Part shown: positions 10,805 through 23,000 of the stretch, in pieces
Layout of the letters: each line of letters starts with the position of its first letter
Position numbering within the stretch: the first letter of the stretch is position 1
Assembly (NCBI RefSeq): GCF_009914755.1
Contig: NC_060930.1
From: the human T2T-CHM13v2.0 reference genome, Homo sapiens
DNA length: 64,000 bases
Strand: one strand, 5' to 3'
The notes under the pieces: generated by a model
Told to the model about the DNA's origin: nothing
The model's database searches: none
Seen by the model: only the letters and a program-made list of their open reading frames with translations
Program-made: the position numbers and the translations under genes

Positions 10805-13800
10805 TTTCTTCGTATGAATCTAGACAGAAGAATTCTCAGAAACTTCCTTGTGATGTGTGCATTCAACTCAGCGAGTGGCACCTTCCTTTGGATACAGCAG
10901 TTTTGAAACACTGTTTTTGTAGTATTTCCAAGCGGATATTTAGAGCGCCTTGAAGCCTATGCTAGAAATGGAAATATCTCCCCATAAAACCAAGACGGAA
11001 GCAATCTCAGAAACTAATGTGTGATGGCTGCATTCCACACACACGGTGGACCATTTCTCTTGATAGAGCAGTTTTGAAACACTCTTTCTGTAGAATCTGC
11101 AAGTGGATAATTGGACCTCCTAGAGGCCTTCGTTGGAAACGGGATTTCTTCATCTAAACCTACAGAGAAGAATTCTCAGTAACTTCTTCGGATGTGTGCA
11201 TTCGACGCACAGAATGGAACATTCCCTTTGATAGAGCAGTTTTGAGACACCGTTTTTGTAGAATTCCCAAGTGGATATTTAGAGCACTTTGAAGTCTCTG
11301 CTAGAAAAGGAAACATCTTCATGTAAAAAGTAGATAGAATCGTTCTCAGAAAGTGCTTAATGACGTGTGCGTTCAACTCACAGAGTTTAACGTTTCTTTT
11401 GATAGAGCGTTTCTGAAACACCCTTCTTGTAGTAGCTGCAAGTGGATATTTGGACCTATTGGAGGCCTTCTTTGGAAATGGGATTTCTTCATGTAACTCT
11501 AGATTGAAGAGTTCTCAGAAACTCCTTTGTGATGTGTGCATTCAATTCAAAGAGTGAAACCTCCCTTTTCACAGAGCAGTTTTGAAACACTGTTTTTGTA
11601 GGATTTCCAAGGGGATATTTATAGCGCATTGAGCCTACGGCGGAAAAAGAAACATCTTCCTATAAAAACTAGACAGAATACTTCTCAGAATCTGCTTTGC
11701 GATGTGTGCGTTCAACTCACAGAGTAAAACTTTTCTTTTGATAGAGCAGTTTTGAAACACTCTTTTTGTAGTATTTGCATGTGTATATTTAGAGCGCTTT
11801 GAAGCCCACAGTAGAAAAGGAAGTAACTTCACCTAAAACCTAGACAGAAGCAATCACAGAAACTACTTTGTGATGTGTACATTCAACTCACAGAGTGGAA
11901 CTTTCCTCTTTATAGAGCAGTGTTGAAACACTCTTTTTGTAGAAACTGCAAGTGGATATTTGGACCTCTTTGAGGCCTTCGTTGGAAACGGGATTTCTTC
12001 CTATAACCCTAGACAGAAGAATTTTCAGAAACCTCATTGTGATGTGTGCGTTCATCTCACAGAGTGGAGTCTTCCGTTTGATAGAGAAGTTTTGAAACCC
12101 TGTTCTTGTAGGATTTCCAAGTGGATATTTAGACCACTTTGAAGCCTATGATAGAAAAGGAAACATCTTCATGGAAAACATAGATAGAATCATCCTCAGA
12201 AACAACTTTGTGATGTGTGCGTTGAACTCACCGTCTTTAACCTTTCTTTTGGTAGAGAAGTTTTGAAACACTCTCTTTGTAAAGTCTACAAGTGGATATT
12301 TTGAGCCCTTGGAGGCATTCTTTGGAAAAGGGAATGTCTTCACATAAAAGGCAGACGGAAGTGTTCTCAGAAACTGCTTTGTGATGTCTGTGTTCAACTC
12401 ACAGAGTTTAACATTTCCTTTGATAGAGCGGTTTAGTAACCCTCTCTTTGTAGAATTTGGAAGTGTATACTAAGAGCGCTTTGAGGCCTATGGTAGAAAA
12501 GGAAATATCTTTCCATAAAAGCTAGACAGAAGCAATCTCAGAAACTCCTCTGTGATGTCTGCATTCAACTCACCGAGTGGAACATTCCTCTTGAGAGAGC
12601 AGTTTGGAAACACTCTTTCTGTAGAATCAGCTTGTTTGTATTTGGACCTCCTTGAGGCCTTCGTTGGAAACGGGTTTTCATCTTATAAACCCAGACAGAA
12701 GAATTCTCAGAGTCTTCTTTGTGATGTGTGCTTTCAACTCACCGAGATAAAGATTTCTCTTGATAGAGCAATTTGGAAACACTCTTTTTGTAGAATTTGC
12801 AAGGGTACATTGAGAGCGCTTTCAGGCCTATGGTAGAAAAGGGAATATCTTTCCATAAAAGGTAGACAGAAGCAATCTCAGAAACTACTTTGTGATGTGT
12901 GCATTCAACTCACCGAGTGCAACGTTCCTCTTGACCGAGCAGTTTGGAAACATTGTTTCTGTAGAATCTGCAAGTGGATATTTGGACCTCTTTGAGGCCT
13001 TCGTTGGAAACGGGATTTCTTCCTATAAACCCAGACAGAAGAATTCTCAGAGACTTCTTTGTGATGTGTGAATTCAACTCACAGTGTGGATCCTTCCTTT
13101 TGATAGAGCAGTTTTGAAGCCCTGTTTTTGTAGTATTTCCAAGCGGATATTTGGAACGCCTTGAAGCGTATGGTAGAAAAGGAAATATCTTCCCATAAAA
13201 CCTAGACAGAACCAATCTCAGAAACGACTTTGTGATGTCTGCATTCAAGTCACAGAGTTGAACATTTCTCTTGATAGAGCAGTTTTGAAACCCTCTTTCT
13301 GAAGGATCTGCAAGTGGATATTTGGAACTCCTTTGGGTCTTCGTTGGAAACGGGATTTCTTCGTATAAATCTAGACAGAAGAATTCTCCGAAACTTCTTT
13401 GGTTGTGTGCATTCAAGTCACAGAGTGGAACCTTCCTTTGGATAGAGCAGTTTGAAACGCCGTGGTTGTAGTATTTCCAAGCGGATATTAGAGCGCCTTG
13501 AGGCCTATGGTAGAAAAGGAAATATCTTCCCATAAAACCTAGACGGAAGCAATCTCAGAAACTACTGTGTGATGGCTGCATTCCACACACACGGTGGAAC
13601 ATTTCTCTTGATAGAGCAGTTTTGAAACACTCTTTCTGTAGAATCTGCAAGTGGATAATTGGACCGCCTTGAGGCCTTCGTTGGAAACGGGATTTCTTCA
13701 TGTTACTCTAGATAGAAGAATTCTCAAACACTGCTATGTGATGTTTGCATTCAAGTCACAGAGTGCAACTTTCCTCTTGGTAGAGCAGTTGGGAAACACT

Positions 13801-14010
13801 CCTTTTGTAGAATCTGCAATGGGATATTTGGACTTCTTTGAGGCCTTCGTTGGAAACGGGATTTCTTCGTATGAATCTAGACAGAAGAATTCTCAGAAAC
13901 TTCCTTGTGATGTGTGCATTCAACTCAGCGAGTGGCACCTTCCTTTGGATACAGCAGTTTTGAAACACTGTTTTTGTAGTATTTCCAAGCGGATATTTAG
14001 AGCGCCTTGA

Positions 14011-17000
14011 AGCCTATGCTAGAAATGGAAATATCTCCCCATAAAACCAAGACGGAAGCAATCTCAGAAACTAATGTGTGATGGCTGCATTCCACACACA
14101 CGGTGGACCATTTCTCTTGATAGAGCAGTTTTGAAACACTCTTTCTGTAGAATCTGCAAGTGGATAATTGGACCTCCTAGAGGCCTTCGTTGGAAACGGG
14201 ATTTCTTCATCTAAACCTACAGAGAAGAATTCTCAGTAACTTCTTCGGATGTGTGCATTCGACGCACAGAATGGAACATTCCCTTTGATAGAGCAGTTTT
14301 GAGACACCGTTTTTGTAGAATTCCCAAGTGGATATTTAGAGCACTTTGAAGTCTCTGCTAGAAAAGGAAACATCTTCATGTAAAAAGTAGATAGAATCGT
14401 TCTCAGAAAGTGCTTAGTGACGTGTGCGTTCAACTCACAGAGTTTAACGTTTCTTTTGATAGAGCGTTTCTGAAACACCCTTCTTGTAGTAGCTGCAAGT
14501 GGATATTTGGACCTATTGGAGGCCTTCTTTGGAAATGGGATTTCTTCATGTAACTCTAGATTGAAGAGTTCTCAGAAACTCCTTTGTGATGTGTGCATTC
14601 AATTCAAAGAGTGAAACCTCCCTTTTCACAGAGCAGTTTTGAAACACTGTTTTTGTAGGATTTCCAAGGGGATATTTATAGCGCATTGAGCCTACGGCGG
14701 AAAAAGAAACATCTTCCTATAAAAACTAGACAGAATACTTCTCAGAATCTGCTTTGCGATGTGTGCGTTCAACTCACAGAGTAAAACTTTTCTTTTGATA
14801 GAGCAGTTTTGAAACACTCTTTTTGTAGTATTTGCATGTGTATATTTAGAGCGCTTTGAAGCCCACAGTAGAAAAGGAAGTAACTTCACCTAAAACCTAG
14901 ACAGAAGCAATCACAGAAACTACTTTGTGATGTGTACATTCAACTCACAGAGTGGAACTTTCCTCTTTATAGAGCAGTGTTGAAACACTCTTTTTGTAGA
15001 AACTGCAAGTGGATATTTGGACCTCTTTGAGGCCTTCGTTGGAAACGGGATTTCTTCCTATAACCCTAGACAGAAGAATTTTCAGAAACCTCATTGTGAT
15101 GTGTGCGTTCATCTCACAGAGTGGAGTCTTCCGTTTGATAGAGAAGTTTTGAAACCCTGTTCTTGTAGGATTTCCAAGTGGATATTTAGACCACTTTGAA
15201 GCCTATGATAGAAAAGGAAACATCTTCATGGAAAACATAGATAGAATCATCCTCAGAAACAACTTTGTGATGTGTGCGTTGAACTCACCGTCTTTAACTT
15301 TTCTTTTGGTAGAGAAGTTTTGAAACACTCTCTTTGTAAAGTCTACAAGTGGATATTTTGAGCCCTTGGAGGCATTCTTTGGAAAAGGGAATGTCTTCAC
15401 ATAAAAGGCAGACGGAAGTGTTCTCAGAAACTGCTTTGTGATGTCTGTGTTCAACTCACAGAGTTTAACATTTCCTTTGATAGAGCGGTTTAGTAACCCT
15501 CTCTTTGTAGAATTTGGAAGTGTATACTAAGAGCGCTTTGAGGCCTATGGTAGAAAAGGAAATATCTTTCCATAAAAGCTAGACAGAAGCAATCTCAGAA
15601 ACTCCTCTGTGATGTCTGCATTCAACTCACCGAGTGGAACATTCCTCTTGAGAGAGCAGTTTGGAAACACTCTTTCTGTAGAATCAGCTTGTTTGTATTT
15701 GGACCTCCTCGAGGCCTTCGTTGGAAACGGGTTTTCATCTTATAAACCCAGACAGAAGAATTCTCAGAGTCTTCTTTGTGATGTGTGCTTTCAACTCACC
15801 GAGATAAAGATTTCTCTTGATAGAGCAATTTGGAAACACTCTTTTTGTAGAATTTGCAAGGGTACATTGAGAGCGCTTTCAGGCCTATGGTAGAAAAGGG
15901 AATATCTTTCCATAAAAGGTAGACAGAAGCAATCTCAGAAACTACTTTGTGATGTGTGCATTCAACTCACCGAGTGCAACGTTCCTCTTGACCGAGCAGT
16001 TTGGAAACATTGTTTCTGTAGAATCTGCAAGTGGATATTTGGACCTCTTTGAGGCCTTCGTTGGAAACGGGATTTCTTCCTATAAACCCAGACAGAAGAA
16101 TTCTCAGAGACTTCTTTGTGATGTGTGAATTCAACTCACAGTGTGGATCCTTCCTTTTGATAGAGCAGTTTTGAAACCCTGTTTTTGTAGTATTTCCAAG
16201 CGGATATTTGGAACGCCTTGAAGCGTATGGTAGAAAAGGAAATATCTTCCCATAAAACCTAGACAGAACCAATCTCAGAAACGACTTTGTGATGTCTGCA
16301 TTCAAGTCACAGAGTTGAACATTTCTCTTGATAGAGCAGTTTTGAAACCCTCTTTCTGAAGGATCTGCAAGTGGATATTTGGAACTCCTTTGGGTCTTCG
16401 TTGGAAACGGGATTTCTTCGTATAAATCTAGACAGAAGAATTCTCAGAAACTTCCTTGTGATGTGTGCATTCAACTCAGCGAGTGGCACCTTCCTTTGGA
16501 TACAGCAGTTTTGAAACACTGTTTTTGTAGTATTTCCAAGCGGATATTTAGAGCGCCTTGAAGCCTATGCTAGAAATGGAAATATCTCCCCATAAAACCA
16601 AGACGGAAGCAATCTCAGAAACTAATGTGTGATGGCTGCATTCCACACACACGGTGGACCATTTCTCTTGATAGAGCAGTTTTGAAACACTCTTTCTGTA
16701 GAATCTGCAAGTGGATAATTGGACCTCCTAGAGGCCTTCGTTGGAAACGGGATTTCTTCATCTAAACCTACAGAGAAGTATTCTCAGTAACTTCTTCGGA
16801 TGTGTGCATTCGACGCACAGAATGGAACATTCCCTTTGATAGAGCAGTTTTGAGACACCGTTTTTGTAGAATTCCCAAGTGGATATTTAGAGCACTTTGA
16901 AGTCTCTGCTAGAAAAGGAAACATCTTCATGTAAAAAGTAGATAGAATCGTTCTCAGAAAGTGCTTAGTGACGTGTGCGTTCAACTCACAGAGTTTAACG

Positions 17001-20000
17001 TTTCTTTTGATAGAGCGTTTCTGAAACACCCTTCTTGTAGTAGCTGCAAGTGGATATTTGGACCTATTGGAGGCCTTCTTTGGAAATGGGATTTCTTCAT
17101 GTAACTCTAGATTGAAGAGTTCTCAGAAACTCCTTTGTGATGTGTGCATTCAATTCAAAGAGTGAAACCTCTCTTTTCACAGAGCAGTTTTGAAACACTG
17201 TTTTTGTAGGATTTCCAAGGGGATATTTATAGCGCATTGAGCCTACGGCGGAAAAAGAAACATCTTCCTATAAAAACTAGACAGAATACTTCTCAGAATC
17301 TGCTTTGCGATGTGTGCGTTCAACTCACAGAGTAAAACTTTTCTTTTGATAGAGCAGTTTTGAAACACTCTTTTTGTAGTATTTGCATGTGTATATTTAG
17401 AGCGCATTGAAGCCCACAGTAGAAAAGGAAATAACTTCACCTAAAACCTAGACAGAAGCAATCTCAGAAACTACTTTGTGATGTGTACATTCAACTCACA
17501 GAGTGGAACTTTCCTCTTTATAGAGCAGTGTTGAAACACTCTTTTTGTAGAAACTGCAAGTGGATATTTGGACCTCTTTGAGGCCTTCGTTGGAAACGGG
17601 ATTTCTTCCTATAACCCTAGACAGAAGAATTTTCAGAAACCTCATTGTGATGTGTGCGTTCATCTCACAGAGTGGAGTCTTCCGTTTGATAGAGAAGTTT
17701 TGAAACCCTGTTCTTGTAGGATTTCCAAGTGGATATTTAGACCACTTTGAAGCCTATGATAGAAAAGGAAACATCTTCATGGAAAACATAGATAGAATCA
17801 TCCTCAGAAACAACTTTGTGATGTGTGCGTTGAACTCACCGTCTTTAACCTTTCTTTTGGTAGAGAAGTTTTGAAACACTCTCTTTGTAAAGTCTACAAG
17901 TGGATATTTTGAGCCCTTGGAGGCATTCTTTGGAAAAGGGAATGTCTTCACATAAAAGGCAGACGGAAGTGTTCTCAGAAACTGCTTTGTGATGTCTGTG
18001 TTCAACTCACAGAGTTTAACATTTCCTTTGATAGAGCGGTTTAGTAACCCTCTCTTTGTAGAATTTGGAAGTGTATACTAAGAGCGCTTTGAGGCCTATG
18101 GTAGAAAAGGAAATATCTTTCCATAAAAGCTAGACAGAAGCAATCTCAGAAACTCCTCTGTGATGTCTGCATTCAACTCACCGAGTGGAACATTCCTCTT
18201 GATAGAGCAGTTTGGAAACACTCTTTCTGTAGAATCAGCTTGTTTGTATTTGGACCTCCTTGAGGCCTTCGTTGGAAACGGGTTTTCATCTTATAAACCC
18301 AGACAGAAGAATTCTCAGAGTCTTCTTTGTGATGTGTGCTTTCAACTCACCGAGATAAAGATTTCTCTTGATAGAGCAATTTGGAAACACTCTTTTTGTA
18401 GAATTTGCAAGGGTACATTGAGAGCGCTTTCAGGCCTATGGTAGAAAAGGGAATATCTTTCCATAAAAGGTAGACAGAAGCAATCTCAGAAACTACTTTG
18501 TGATGTGTGCATTCAACTCACCGAGTGCAACGTTCCTCTTGACCGAGCAGTTTGGAAACATTGTTTCTGTAGAATCTGCAAGTGGATATTTGGACCTCTT
18601 TGAGGCCTTCGTTGGAAACGGGATTTCTTCCTATAAACCCAGACAGAAGAATTCTCAGAGACTTCTTTGTGATGTGTGAATTCAACTCACAGTGTGGATC
18701 CTTCCTTTTGATAGAGCAGTTTTGAAACCCTGTTTTTGTAGTATTTCCAAGCGGATATTTGGAACGCCTTGAAGCGTATGGTAGAAAAGGAAATATCTTC
18801 CCATAAAATCTAGACAGAACCAATCTCAGAAACGACTTTGTGATGTCTGCATTCAAGTCACAGAGTTGAACATTTCTCTTGATAGAGCAGTTTTGAAACC
18901 CTCTTTCTGAAGGATCTGCAAGTGGATATTTGGAACTCCTTTGGGTCTTCGTTGGAAACGGGATTTCTTCGTATAAATCTAGACAGAAGAATTCTCAGAA
19001 ACTTCCTTGTGATGTGTGCATTCAACTCAGCGAGTGGCACCTTCCTTTGGATACAGCAGTTTTGAAACACTGTTTTTGTAGTATTTCCAAGCGGATATTT
19101 AGAGCGCCTTGAAGCCTATGCTAGAAATGGAAATATCTCCCCATAAAACCAAGACGGAAGCAATCTCAGAAACTAATGTGTGATGGCTGCATTCCACACA
19201 CACGGTGGACCATTTCTCTTGATAGAGCAGTTTTGAAACACTCTTTCTGTAGAATCTGCAAGTGGATAATTGGACCTCCTAGAGGCCTTCGTTGGAAACG
19301 GGATTTCTTCATCTAAACCTACAGAGAAGTATTCTCAGTAACTTCTTCGGATGTGTGCATTCGACGCACAGAATGGAACATTCCCTTTGATAGAGCAGTT
19401 TTGAGACACCGTTTTTGTAGAATTCCCAAGTGGATATTTAGAGCACTTTGAAGTCTCTGCTAGAAAAGGAAACATCTTCATGTAAAAAGTAGATAGAATC
19501 GTTCTCAGAAAATGCTTAGTGTCGTGTGCGTTCAACTCACAGAGTTTAACGTTTCTTTTGATAGAGCGTTTCTGAAACACCCTTCTTGTAGTAGCTGCAA
19601 GTGGATATTTGGACCTATTGGAGGCCTTCTTTGGAAATGGGATTTCTTCATGTAACTCTAGATTGAAGAATTCTCAGAAACTCCTTTGTGATGTGTGCAT
19701 TCAATTCAAAGAGTGAAACCTCTCTTTTCACAGAGCAGTTTTGAAACACTGTTTTTGTAGGATTTCCAAGGGGATATTTATAGCGCATTGAGCCTACGGC
19801 GGAAAAAGAAACATCTTCCTATAAAAACTAGACAGAATACTTCTCAGAATCTGCTTTGCGATGTGTGCGTTCAACTCACAGAGTAAAACTTTTCTTTTGA
19901 TAGAGCAGTTTTGAAACACTCTTTTTGTAGTATTTGCATGTGTATATTTAGAGCGCATTGAAGCCCACAGTAGAAAAGGAAATAACTTCACCTAAAACCT

Positions 20001-23000
20001 AGACAGAAGCAATCTCAGAAACTACTTTGTGATGTGTACATTCAACTCACAGAGTGGAACTTTCCTCTTTATAGAGCAGTGTTGAAACACTCTTTTTGTA
20101 GAAACTGCAAGTGGATATTTGGACCTCTTTGAGGCCTTCGTTGGAAACGGGATTTCTTCCTATAACCCTAGACAGAAGAATTTTCAGAAACCTCATTGTG
20201 ATGTGTGCGTTCATCTCACAGAGTGGAGTCTTCCGTTTGATAGAGAAGTTTTGAAACCCTGTTCTTGTAGGATTTCCAAGTGGATATTTAGACCACTTTG
20301 AAGCCTATGATAGAAAAGGAAACATCTTCATGGAAAACATAGATAGAATCATTCTCAGAAACAACTTTGTGATGTGTGCGTTGAACTCACCGTCTTTAAC
20401 CTTTCTTTTGGTAGAGAAGTTTTGAAACACTCTCTTTGTAAAGTCTACAAGTGGATATTTTGAGCCCTTGGAGGCATTCTTTGGAAAAGGGAATGTCTTC
20501 ACATAAAAGGCAGACGGAAGTGTTCTCAGAAACTGCTTTGTGATGTCTGTGTTCAACTCACAGAGTTTAACATTTCCTTTGATAGAGCGGTTTAGTAACC
20601 CTCTCTTTGTAGAATTTGGAAGTGTATACTAAGAGCGCTTTGAGGCCTATGGTAGAAAAGGAAATATCTTTCCATAAAAGCTAGACAGAAGCAATCTCAG
20701 AAACTCCTTTGTGATGTCTGCATTCAACTCACCGAGTGGAACATTCCTCTTGATAGAGCAGTTTGGAAACACTCTTTCTGTAGAATCAGCTTGTTTGTAT
20801 TTGGACCTCCTTGAGGCCTTCGTTGGAAACGGGTTTTCATCTTATAAACCCAGACAGAAGAATTCTCAGAGTCTTCTTTGTGATGTGTGCTTTCAACTCA
20901 CCGAGATAAAGATTTCTCTTGATAGAGCAATTTGGAAACACTCTTTTTGTAGAATTTGCAAGGGTACATTGAGAGCGCTTTCAGGCCTATGGTAGAAAAG
21001 GGAATATCTTTCCATAAAAGGTAGACAGAAGCAATCTCAGAAACTACTTTGTGATGTGTGCATTCAACTCACCGAGTGCAACGTTCCTCTTGACCGAGCA
21101 GTTTGGAAACATTGTTTCTGTAGAATCTGCAAGTGGATATTTGGACCTCTTTGAGGCCTTCGTTGGAAACGGGATTTCTTCCTATAAACCCAGACAGAAG
21201 AATTCTCAGAGACTTCTTTGTGATGTGTGAATTCAACTCACAGTGTGGATCCTTCCTTTTGATAGAGCAGTTTTGAAACCCTGTTTTTGTAGTATTTCCA
21301 AGCGGATATTTGGAACGCCTTGAAGCGTATGGTAGAAAAGGAAATATCTTCCCATAAAACCTAGACAGAACCAATCTCAGAAACGACTTTGTGATGTCTG
21401 CATTCAAGTCACAGAGTTGAACATTTCTCTTGATAGAGCAGTTTTGAAACCCTCTTTCTGAAGGATCTGCAAGTGGATATTTGGAACTCCTTTGGGTCTT
21501 CGTTGGAAACGGGATTTCTTCGTATAAATCTAGACAGAAGAATTCTCAGAAACTTCCTTGTGATGTGTGCATTCAACTCAGCGAGTGGCACCTTCCTTTG
21601 GATACAGCAGTTTTGAAACACTGTTTTTGTAGTATTTCCAAGCGGATATTTAGAGCGCCTTGAAGCCTATGCTAGAAATGGAAATATCTCCCCATAAAAC
21701 CAAGACGGAAGCAATCTCAGAAACTAATGTGTGATGGCTGCATTCCACACACACGGTGGACCATTTCTCTTGATAGAGCAGTTTTGAAACACTCTTTCTG
21801 TAGAATCTGCAAGTGGATAATTGGACCTCCTAGAGGCCTTCGTTGGAAACGGGATTTCTTCATCTAAACCTACAGAGAAGTATTCTCAGTAACTTCTTCG
21901 GATGTGTGCATTCGACGCACAGAATGGAACATTCCCTTTGATAGAGCAGTTTTGAGACACCGTTTTTGTAGAATTCCCAAGTGGATATTTAGAGCACTTT
22001 GAAGTCTCTGCTAGAAAAGGAAACATCTTCATGTAAAAAGTAGATAGAATCGTTCTCAGAAAGTGCTTAGTGTCGTGTGCGTTCAACTCACAGAGTTTAA
22101 CGTTTCTTTTGATAGAGCGTTTCTGAAACACCCTTCTTGTAGTAGCTGCAAGTGGATATTTGGACCTATTGGAGGCCTTCTTTGGAAATGGGATTTCTTC
22201 ATGTAACTCTAGAGTGAAGAATTCTCAGAAACTCCTTTGTGATGTGTGCATTCAATTCAAAGAGTGAAACCTCTCTTTTCACAGAGCAGTTTTGAAACAC
22301 TGTTTTTGTAGGATTTCCAAGGGGATATTTATAGCGCATTGAGCCTACGGCGGAAAAAGAAACATCTTCCTATAAAAACTAGACAGAATACTTCTCAGAA
22401 TCTGCTTTGCGATGTGTGCGTTCAACTCACAGAGTAAAACTTTTCTTTTGATAGAGCAGTTTTGAAACACTCTTTTTGTAGTATTTGCATGTGTATATTT
22501 AGAGCGCATTGAAGCCCACAGTAGAAAAGGAAATAACTTCACCTAAAACCTAGACAGAAGCAATCACAGAAACTACTTTGTGATGTGTACATTCAACTCA
22601 CAGAGTGGAACTTTCCTCTTTATAGAGCAGTGTTGAAACACTCTTTTTGTAGAAACTGCAAGTGGATATTTGGACCTCTTTGAGGCCTTCGTTGGAAACG
22701 GGATTTCTTCCTATAACCCTAGACAGAAGAATTTTCAGAAACCTCATTGTGATGTGTGCGTTCATCTCACAGAGTGGAGTCTTCCGTTTGATAGAGAAGT
22801 TTTGAAACCCTGTTCTTGTAGGATTTCCAAGTGGATATTTAGACCACTTTGAAGCCTATGATAGAAAAGGAAACATCTTCATGGAAAACATAGATAGAAT
22901 CATCCTCAGAAACAACTTTGTGATGTGTGCGTTGAACTCACCGTCTTTAACCTTTCTTTTGGTAGAGAAGTTTTGAAACACTCTCTTTGTAAAGTCTACA

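Larger units (their letters stand above)
10332..10837 (+). repeat. 506-bp three-monomer segment (A-B-B) present in 18-mers and absent from 15-mers; representative copy
   Basis: 3057-2551=506; bounded by the 21-bp direct repeat AATCTAGACAGAAGAATTCTC. Confidence 0.93.
7897..14010 (+). repeat. Two tandem 18-mer HOR units (U4-U5, 3057 bp each)
   Basis: Marker ends at 10953 and 14010; extra 506-bp segments at 10332-10837 and 13389-13894. Confidence 0.95.

Noticed and set aside
10332-10837. 506-bp segment flanked by 21-bp direct repeats, as a mobile element with target-site duplication
   Set aside because: It is three alpha-satellite monomers; the flanking repeat is ordinary inter-monomer homology.
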